Positions 49,367 to 56,060 of a stretch of 64,000 nucleotides of DNA are shown here, in pieces. Every line of letters starts with the position of its first letter. Position 1 is the first letter of the stretch. The stretch spans positions 38,287 through 102,286 of the forward strand of contig JBDRCM010000006.1 in NCBI GenBank assembly GCA_043821725.1, read 5' to 3'. The notes under the pieces are model-generated. The model did no database searches and was not told the origin of the DNA. It saw only the letters and a program-made list of their open reading frames with translations. The stretch is from a bacterium. Its GTDB lineage: Bacteria > Patescibacteriota > Patescibacteriia > Magasanikbacterales > GWA2-37-8. The position numbers were made by a program, and so were the translations under genes.

Positions 49367-49438
49367 GACCCTGTAGTTAAATGGATATAACGAGAACCTC
49401 CTAAGTTCTAGTTCCAGGTTCGATTCCTGGTGGGGTCA
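49367..49438 (+). tRNA. tRNA-Arg (anticodon CCT)
   Basis: Near-paralogue of the tRNA at 3062. The acceptor stem GACCCTG pairs with TGGGGTC (two G-U pairs). The anticodon stem AGAAC/GTTCT carries loop CTCCTAA, giving CCT. The T-arm is CCAGG-TTCGATT-CCTGG. Confidence 0.7.
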
Positions 49439-49486
49439 CTAAAACAAGCTTCGTAAATCTAAACCTGTTAATCCGCAAAAACTATC

Positions 49487-49729
49487 TCATCTCTTAATTG
49501 TCTTCTTTGTTCGCACTTGCTTTAATAATTTCTTCAAATAAACAGGATCAGATATTAGCTCTAAATCATGAATTAAAACATCAAACTGATCCTTTGACAA
49601 AAAAAATCCAAGCGTATCTTTGCCTCTCAAAATTCGCGTAATCCCACGCAAATGGCGTGAAGGGCTTTTTTGCAATTCTTTAATATTCACCACATACTCA
49701 TTTTGAATTGATTTTAATGTTTTAAGCAT
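49487..49729 (-). CDS. small Phd/YefM-like antitoxin candidate (orphan)
   Basis: 80 aa. The pattern ...ITRILRGKDTLGFFLSKDQFDVLIHDLELISDPVYLKKL resembles the antitoxin fold and C-terminal DLEL..DP motif. No adjacent toxin ORF is present. Confidence 0.3.
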   Translation of the reverse strand: MLKTLKSIQNEYVVNIKELQKSPSRHLRGITRILRGKDTLGFFLSKDQFDVLIHDLELISDPVYLKKLLKQVRTKKTIKR

Positions 49730-50270
49730 ATTTGTTATATATACAATAGTATATACCTCTTCAAAATTATAGTCAAGCTTATGCTAAGCTATCATATATC
49801 TTAATTCAATCAATTACTCACTTTAACCGACTTTACATGTCCCAATAGTTAATGATATTGTTACTATCTATTAAAATCGCGCTATAAATTAGTGCATAAT
49901 TCGTCTTGGAGGTTAGATGTCAACGACAACTAACAGCGTAAAAATCGAAAATCTGAGGATATGTATCAATATAGTTCCGGTCACGAGTTTGATCGAACTG
50001 TATAAAGATGGTAAAATCTCAGAACTGAAACTGGAGTTTGAAAGAGACTCAGCCGGCAACATCATTTATACAGATAGCTTTATGGCAGACTACTGCGACA
50101 TTCTCGCCGGTTTCGGCATACAGGGGCTGATTTAAATCTGATTTTTGCATTGCTCAAAGTCCAGGCCCTCCATGCTCGTGCGTTGTTAACGGCTCAAACA
50201 CGGATGGGCAACATTATCCACTCTATTGAGGAGTGTTTTTTTATCACAATTATAGCTAATGGGGATGCGA

Positions 50271-50424
50271 ATGAACCCCTCCCTGTGCCAAGAGCACAGG
50301 GTATCAGGTCAAAAGGCATAATGTCTGCGACTCTACGCCGTGGCAAGACCACGGGGTACTTTACCTGCGCTCGCTCGGAAATGAAAACAAGTTTTCATTT
50401 CTCTCACTTCGCTTGGTAATAAAA
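50271..50424 (+). repeat. copy C (~154 nt) of the ATGAACCCCTCC...TAATAAAA structured repeat family
   Basis: ATGAACCCCTCC, then hairpin CTGTGCCAAGAGCACAG, then GGTATCAGG..., then hairpin CCGTGGCAAGACCACGG, then hairpin GGAAATGAAAACAAGTTTTCATTTC, then CTTCGCTTGGTAATAAAAAG. Confidence 0.65.
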
Positions 50425-50615
50425 AGATAATCTTGCCTAAATTTATTTTTATGATATACTTATGCTAATTTAACTTGTCCCATTGGTATCCTTTTGGGAC
50501 TTGTTCAGTAATAGAAAACTATACCTTTGACTATTCTCTACGTGCCCATCATGAGGGGCAAGCCACTGCTATGCCTTAATAACTCTGCTTCAATTTTAAA
50601 AACCCAATCAAATTT

Positions 50616-51083
50616 ATGAAGACAATCCTATTCATCGGCAGATTTCAACCTTTTCACATAGGTCATTTGTCAGTATTAAAAAAGATTGACAAGCGAAATG
50701 ATGTAAAAAAAATTATAATAGGAATTGGAAGCGCTCAATATAGCAATACGCAAAAAAATCCATACAGTTTTGAACAAAGAAAAAAGATGATTGTAAACGT
50801 TTGTAAATCCAAAATAAAAAAGTCGATTACGGTTATTCCTTTAGATGATTTTAACAATAACGCGAAATGGGTTAAAAACGTTGAAAAAATGGCTAAAATC
50901 TTCAATGAGGCCTACTCAGGAAATGATTTAGTGACAAAACTACTGTCCGAACGGGGATATTTGATCAATAAAATAGACAAATCAATTGACATTAGCGCGA
51001 CAAAAATCAGAGAAATGATTAAAAAAGGAGATATTCAATGGAAAAAATACATTCCCTATTCTGATGCTGAAATCTATAATTAA
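50616..51083 (+). CDS. nicotinamide-nucleotide adenylyltransferase-like cytidylyltransferase (archaeal NadM type)
   Basis: ILFIGRFQPFHIGHLSVLKKI matches the (H/T)xGH nucleotidyltransferase motif of NMNAT. Confidence 0.55.
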   Translation: MKTILFIGRFQPFHIGHLSVLKKIDKRNDVKKIIIGIGSAQYSNTQKNPYSFEQRKKMIVNVCKSKIKKSITVIPLDDFNNNAKWVKNVEKMAKIFNEAYSGNDLVTKLLSERGYLINKIDKSIDISATKIREMIKKGDIQWKKYIPYSDAEIYN

Positions 51084-51100
51084 TGCCTGCCATGGCCTAT

Positions 51101-51171
51101 GGGCCTATGGTCTAATGGTACGACGCCACACTCGCATTGTGGAAATAGGAGTTCGATTCTCCTTAGGTCCA
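51101..51171 (+). tRNA. tRNA-Ala (anticodon CGC) with the G3:U70 identity pair
   Basis: The acceptor stem GGGCCTA pairs with TAGGTCC, with G3 pairing T. The anticodon stem CCACA/TGTGG carries loop CTCGCAT, giving CGC. The T-arm is AGGAG-TTCGATT-CTCCT. Confidence 0.7.
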
Positions 51172-51239
51172 CGGGCGATGGCAGGCAAAAATGAATTTAC
51201 TCGCAATCAACCTCCGAAAATTTAAAAATCTTTAAAATA

Positions 51240-51560
51240 ATCGTAAAATCCTTAAAAAAACAGGCCAAGTTCCGATAAAACGCAGATTCCCCCGAAAAGA
51301 GAACTCTTTCTTTGCTAAAAACAGATAGTTCCGATAAAAGGAAATAATGCGTTTGTATACACTATCCTGTACAAAAAATACTTATTTAAGTATTTTTTTG
51401 ATTTTTTGGTATATTTTGTTAATTTTCTGTGGATAAAGTTGTGCATAAAGTGTTGAATCTGGGGATAATTTGTATAGGATAGCGTATACAAATTAAGATT
51501 TTTTGAAATTTTGCGTTTTTTTGGTCTTTTTTTTGTATAGGATACTCTATACATTTAGAA
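51240..51560. promoter_or_regulatory. AT-rich non-coding region with three copies of a 24-bp palindromic motif and a 13-bp direct repeat (operator/iteron-like)
   Basis: TTTGTATAGGATAGCGTATACAAA at 51471..51494. Variants occur at 51352..51375 (TTTGTATACACTATCCTGTACAAA) and 51532..51555. AGTTCCGATAAAA is repeated at 51258 and 51328. Confidence 0.4.
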
Positions 51561-51763
51561 CCATATTTTTTATCAATATTTTTCAAAATCGTCGTTCCCT
51601 GTGAAACCGGTATATATTTTATGTAAAAATTGATTATCAACAAAAAAACCGCCAAATGTAAATCATGGCGATTTTTTTATTCTCACTGCGCACCATATTT
51701 TGATGCGAAGAATTGAATCCCAACTTGTCCGGACGGACTTAACCTGCTGTTGGGGGAGCAGTA

Positions 51764-52237
51764 CTATTTATAATGAGCCGTAGAAGGTGGATCAACGATG
51801 GTGAGATACCCTTCTAGCCATGTACCCTCCAACTCTTTGGTCAGTAATCTAGCGAATTTTTTAACCAAGATATGGTCAAAATAGCCGAAGCTACCACTGG
51901 CGCCATAGAAACGGATGGTTCCACAGACATGGTTCACCGATATTACTCCACCACCGAAGATGTGGAGATCGCCTCCATGTTCTTGGAGGTAGTACTTGGC
52001 TATATCACTATGATAGGATCCGTCGCCTCCACTGATGAGAGTGTATTCATTGTTATGAGAGCCAACAATGAATTTAACACCATATTTATCGGCCATGACG
52101 TGTTCAATTTCGCTCATGGCATCTTCGACTTCTCCTTTCACAATCCGCTGTTCTATATCTTCCCAATCTTCTCCGATTAATTCTTCCCATTCTGCAAGTT
52201 TATCTTTATTGGTCAACCAGTCGATCACAATCTTCAT
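51764..52237 (-). CDS. hypothetical protein
   Basis: 157 aa (MKIVIDWLTNKDKLAEWEELIGEDWEDIEQR...). It is flanked by a MITE and a family-3 repeat. Confidence 0.4.
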   Translation of the reverse strand: MKIVIDWLTNKDKLAEWEELIGEDWEDIEQRIVKGEVEDAMSEIEHVMADKYGVKFIVGSHNNEYTLISGGDGSYHSDIAKYYLQEHGGDLHIFGGGVISVNHVCGTIRFYGASGSFGYFDHILVKKFARLLTKELEGTWLEGYLTIVDPPSTAHYK

Positions 52238-52281
52238 TTAACCCTCCTGTGCAATACAAGTATTTGTATATTTGCCTGTAT

Positions 52282-52361
52282 GGGCCTGTCGCCAAATACC
52301 ATTTCTACTACAATTGATAAATTATGAATTTCGTCACGAAAGCGCATTTGGCGACAGACCC
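52282..52361 (+). mobile_element. Tn3-like MITE copy 6 (80 bp) with perfect 5-bp TSD TGTAT
   Basis: GGGCCTGTCGCCAAATACCATTTCTACTACAATTGATAAATTATGAATTTCGTCACGAAAGCGCATTTGGCGACAGACCC. TGTAT is present at 52277..52281 and 52362..52366. Confidence 0.8.
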
Positions 52362-52548
52362 TGTATGCTCAAGGATTGAAAGTCTATAAGCATAGCAAGG
52401 AAATAATATTAGTAAGCGGATAAATTGTAAATACTAATCACATTATTTATATATTAATTTAGCTATAATATAATAAAAAATAAATAAAATATACAAAATG
52501 TAAGTAATCCTTGACACAAATTTCAAAATATGCTAAATTACATTCATA

Positions 52549-52715
52549 ATGAACCCCTCCCTGTTTCAAGACCTGCCTGCCCGTAGGCAGTGCATCAGAC
52601 ACAGCAGTTTGGTAGTCCGCCCCGATAGACATCGGGGGACATTTAACTTGCTTGCCGGCAGGCAAGATCGCTCGATCCCGCTAAGCGGAATCCTCGCTAC
52701 GATGCGTTAATAAAA
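52549..52715 (+). repeat. copy D (~167 nt) of the ATGAACCCCTCC...GCGTTAATAAAA structured repeat family, ending 5 nt before the trmB-like ATG
   Basis: ATGAACCCCTCC, then hairpin CTGCCTGCCCGTAGGCAG, then CACAGCAGTTTGGTAGTCCGC, then hairpin CCCCGATAGACATCGGGGG, then ATTTAACTTGCTTGCC, then hairpin GGCAGGCAAGATCGCTCGATCCCGCTAAGCGG, then CTCGCTACGATGCGTTAATAAAA. Confidence 0.65.
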
Positions 52716-52720
52716 CAACT

Positions 52721-53507
52721 ATGCAAAATTCAATAATCAAAAACCTAGGATTAGATGACAATCAAGCAAAAGTATACGAGGCCTTGTTAGGTTTGGGAGC
52801 TTCCACAGTTAGCCAAATTACAAAAAAAGCCGGAATCACCCGTACTTTTGGCTATGAAATACTGGAAAAATTAAGCGTTCAGGGTTTGGTTAATCGTGCA
52901 TCAAGCAAAGGCAAAAAAATCAAATATGTGGCTGAACATCCGCGCAGATTTGTGCAATATATAAAAAATAATAAAAACCAATGGGAAAGGCGCCTAAAAG
53001 AAGCAGAAAATAAATTGCCGGATTTAATCTCTTTGTTTAATGTTGCTGATAAGCCGATCGTTAAGTACCAAGAAGGTATTGAGGGAATTAAAAGTATATT
53101 TTGTCAAACGCTTGAATCTAAAGAAGAAATTTTATCAATACTTGATATTGAAGGATGGGATGTTCCGGAGTTTAGGCAATGGGGCAAAAAATATAATCGT
53201 GAAAGAAGCCAAAAAAAAAATAAAAGAAAGAATACTTATGCTTGATACTCCGCAAGGCAGAGAATGGATGAAAAATTACAAAGGATCTTACAAATATACG
53301 CAATATCGCTGGATTAAACCGGAAGAAATACCAGGAATTAAGAACTTTGGCGGTGAAATCAATATTTATCAGAATAAAGTAGTTATGGCTTTGTTGAAAA
53401 AGCCGAACTTAATGGGAGCTATAATTGAAAGCTCAGCGCTGTCCAATATTTTAAAGGGGCTGTTTGAATTGGCTTGGAAACAAGGGATTGAGACAAAGAA
53501 AAAATGA
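52721..53507 (+). pseudogene. TrmB-family transcriptional regulator, split by a frameshift (N-terminal HTH ORF 52721..53245, C-terminal domain ORF 53040..53507)
   Basis: The N-terminus LGLDDNQAKVYEALLGLGASTVSQITKKAGITRTFGYEILEKLSVQGLV is a TrmB HTH. The C-terminal domain continues in another frame (GAKNIIVKEAKKKIKERILMLDTPQ...). The overlap contains A6 (53186..53191) and A10 (53211..53220) homopolymers. Confidence 0.6.
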
Positions 53508-53646
53508 TGAAGTGGTTTTTAAAAGCAAATTATTTTTCGAAACAGATTTGCACTTCGTTTTAGATTAAAATAATTTTATATTTTTTTTTATTTTTATTTT
53601 ATCTTCAGTATGTTATGATTGATACACAAATAATAAATACTTTTAA

Positions 53647-53982
53647 ATGCACACTCCTAATTCTGGTAAAATGGTGAGGATTTACAGTTTAGACGTTATT
53701 ATTTCAGTTGGATATATGGTTAATTCTAAATGTGCCACTCATTTCAGAATTTGGGTCACTAGTATTCTTAAAAAATATCTAATAGATGGGTATGCAATAA
53801 ATGAAAAAAGATTATTTGGATTGACAAAACTGTCAAAATATTATAAAATGCAAGTCAATATGAATAATATATTAAATACAATTAATTTAGTAACCACCAA
53901 AGTAAAAGCTTGCATAATGTTTGGCAGCTTTTTTGGCTTCAAAAACACTGTACAAGGGAGCTTTGGGTCTAATTCCTGTTAA
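53647..53982 (+). pseudogene. truncated RhuM-family (virulence-protein-like) gene fragment
   Basis: IYSLDVIISVGYMVNSKCATHFRIWVTSILKKYLIDGYAINEKRL matches the conserved N-terminal core of RhuM-family proteins (DVIISVGYRVNS...). Full-length members are about 330 aa; this ORF is 111 aa with a non-homologous tail. Confidence 0.5.
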
Positions 53983-54010
53983 TTTGTAATAAAAATAACA
54001 AAAAATAACA

Positions 54011-54039
54011 AACTCCCAAAGCTCAAATGGGAGTTTTTT
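54011..54039 (+). terminator. intrinsic terminator after the RhuM fragment
   Basis: ACTCCCA-AAGCTCAAA-TGGGAGT followed by TTTTTT. Confidence 0.6.
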
Positions 54040-54050
54040 AATTATCAATC

Positions 54051-54197
54051 AATGAACCCCTCGCCGACTCAGTCGGGGTAATCAGGCACAGCAGTTTGGA
54101 AGACCGCTGTGGCAAAACCACAGAGGATTTAACTTGCTTGCTCGGTAATGAAAATAAATTTTCATTACCCTCCTACGCTGCGTCAACAAAAAATAAT
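54051..54197 (+). repeat. copy E (~147 nt) of the structured repeat family, ending at the ABC-F ATG
   Basis: ATGAACCCCTCG, then hairpin CCGACTCAGTCGG, then GGTAATCAGGCACAGCAGTTTGGAAGACCGC, then hairpin TGTGGCAAAACCACA, then GAGGATTTAACTTGCTTGC, then hairpin TCGGTAATGAAAATAAATTTTCATTACCC, then TCCTACGCTGCGTCAACAAAAAATAAT. Confidence 0.65.
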
Positions 54198-55655
54198 ATG
54201 TTAAAAACAAATAATTTATCTCTACATTACAGCAGTGATAATAAGCTATTCAAGAATATTAATATTTCTCTTGATAGCTCATCTAACAAAAAAGTGGCGT
54301 TAGTGGGCAGAAATGGATGTGGCAAATCATCTTTGCTTAAGATATTAAATAAAGAAATTAAGCCAACAAGTGGAAGTATAGACTTTGCCAATGAAATAAT
54401 TGGATATTTACCACAGGTAATTAATCTACCGGACTTTAAATTAGTGGGTGAATATCTAGAAAGTAAACTTGATGAATCTTGGATGGAATACAAAATTGAT
54501 ATGGCGCTGGCTGACGTTGGGCTTGCAGATGAGTGTATAATCAAAGAAATAGACGACCTTAGCGGTGGAGAAAAAGTCAGAGTTGCCCTCGCGGGTATTC
54601 TACTTGATGAACCTACCATACTACTTTTGGATGAACCTACTAATAATCTTGATTCTGAAGGTGTAGAGTGGTTAGAAAAATTTATCAACAGCTTCTATGG
54701 ATCAATAATTCTAGTTTCTCACGATAGATATTTGATAAACAATACTGTAGATAATATCTGGGAAATAGACTTGGATACGCTGGGTTTAAAAATATATGAT
54801 GGAAATTATGATAAATTCGTAGAAGAAAAAGAAAAGTGTTTCCATAAGTCAATGACTGAATATAAATCTAAAGAGCGAGAAATTAATAGAATTGAAAAAT
54901 GGCTTACAGAACATGAATTCCATCCCAAATATAGATTTGGCAGTCTTGTCATGAGCCAGAAAACTAAGTTAGAAAAATTGAAAAACGCCAGAACTGACAA
55001 ACCTGCTGGAAATACAAAAATAAAAATGCAAAAATTGGAATCTAAAAAACGTGGTTTGATTATTAATGTTAAAATAAATTCTAAAAAATTTGGTCGGAAA
55101 GAAATACTCAATAATATATCGTTCAAAATACACAAAGACAAAAAAATACTATTAAGTGGACCAAACGGTAGTGGAAAGACCACTCTTCTGCAAATCATAT
55201 ATGGTGAAGATAATGATTATGATGGTAATATTGAGCTTGGCGAAAATGTTACGATTGGATACTTAAGACAATTTAGTACGCTTAACGAAAACAAAAGCAT
55301 ATTAGATGAGTTCGAGAATAAGACTAAAATAATCAATCCTAAATCTAGAAGTACTCTGGCTACCTACTCTTTTTTTTCAGATCAAGTAATGCGCAAAGTT
55401 GGTATGTTAAGCTTTGGCCAAAGAAAAAGATTGGAATTGGCTATCATCTTAGCACAAAATCCCACTCTATTAATATTAGATGAGCCAACTAATCATCTGG
55501 ATATATATACTAGAGAAGAATTAGAAAAATTTATCTTATCACAGTCAATTCCAATGATAATCGTATCTCATGATAGATACTTTATTGAGAAAATTGGGGT
55601 TGATAAATGTGTTGAGCTATGTATAGACCAATCCATCTACAAATACCAATACTAA
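54198..55655 (+). CDS. ABC-F family ATPase (two nucleotide-binding domains, no membrane domain)
   Basis: Two Walker A boxes (GRNGCGKSSLL, GPNGSGKTTLL) and two signature/Walker B contexts (LSGGEKVRVALA...LLLDEPTNNLD, LSFGQRKRLELA...LILDEPTNHLD). The start is set at the ATG at 54198 because the upstream ORF-track extension overlaps repeat copy E. Confidence 0.7.
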   Translation: MLKTNNLSLHYSSDNKLFKNINISLDSSSNKKVALVGRNGCGKSSLLKILNKEIKPTSGSIDFANEIIGYLPQVINLPDFKLVGEYLESKLDESWMEYKIDMALADVGLADECIIKEIDDLSGGEKVRVALAGILLDEPTILLLDEPTNNLDSEGVEWLEKFINSFYGSIILVSHDRYLINNTVDNIWEIDLDTLGLKIYDGNYDKFVEEKEKCFHKSMTEYKSKEREINRIEKWLTEHEFHPKYRFGSLVMSQKTKLEKLKNARTDKPAGNTKIKMQKLESKKRGLIINVKINSKKFGRKEILNNISFKIHKDKKILLSGPNGSGKTTLLQIIYGEDNDYDGNIELGENVTIGYLRQFSTLNENKSILDEFENKTKIINPKSRSTLATYSFFSDQVMRKVGMLSFGQRKRLELAIILAQNPTLLILDEPTNHLDIYTREELEKFILSQSIPMIIVSHDRYFIEKIGVDKCVELCIDQSIYKYQY

Positions 55656-56060
55656 ACGCTTTGTATTTGTTGTGCTTGATTAAAAAGTATATTGATGAAG
55701 TATAACTTAAGTGTACACACTTATTTTATAGCTGCCAAGTATTAACAACGTATAAATATACACATATAATATGCGGCTTCCACCAACCGACGGATTAGAT
55801 CACAAATTTCGTCGCAGAGTTGCAAAAAATGGATTTATTGAAAATATTTTCCAGTCCCATTAATTAATCCCCACCACAAAAACCCAATATTGAATACTAA
55901 TTTATTGTTTTTTTAAGTTATGCTGTGATATAATATGACTTATGGAAAAGCTCAAAAAAAAGAGCAGATTTTGAATTATACTTCAACATCCGATTTTATC
56001 TTTTTTCTAATTATTTTTTTAAAAAACCATTTTTAATCTAACAAAATATTCATCCTATTT

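Noticed and set aside
51315-51655. Two overlapping ~79-aa lysine/tyrosine-rich minus-strand ORFs
   Set aside because: They lie in an AT-rich repeat region. Their composition reflects AT bias and they span the palindromic motifs.
50271-54197. Interpretation of the ATGAACCCCTCC repeat family as integron attC sites or as a conserved small ORF
   Set aside because: There are no R''/R' (RYYYAAC/GTTRRRY) inverted core sites at the ends. The ATG-initiated frames differ completely between copies (16, 56 and 9 codons). Only the hairpin pairing is conserved.
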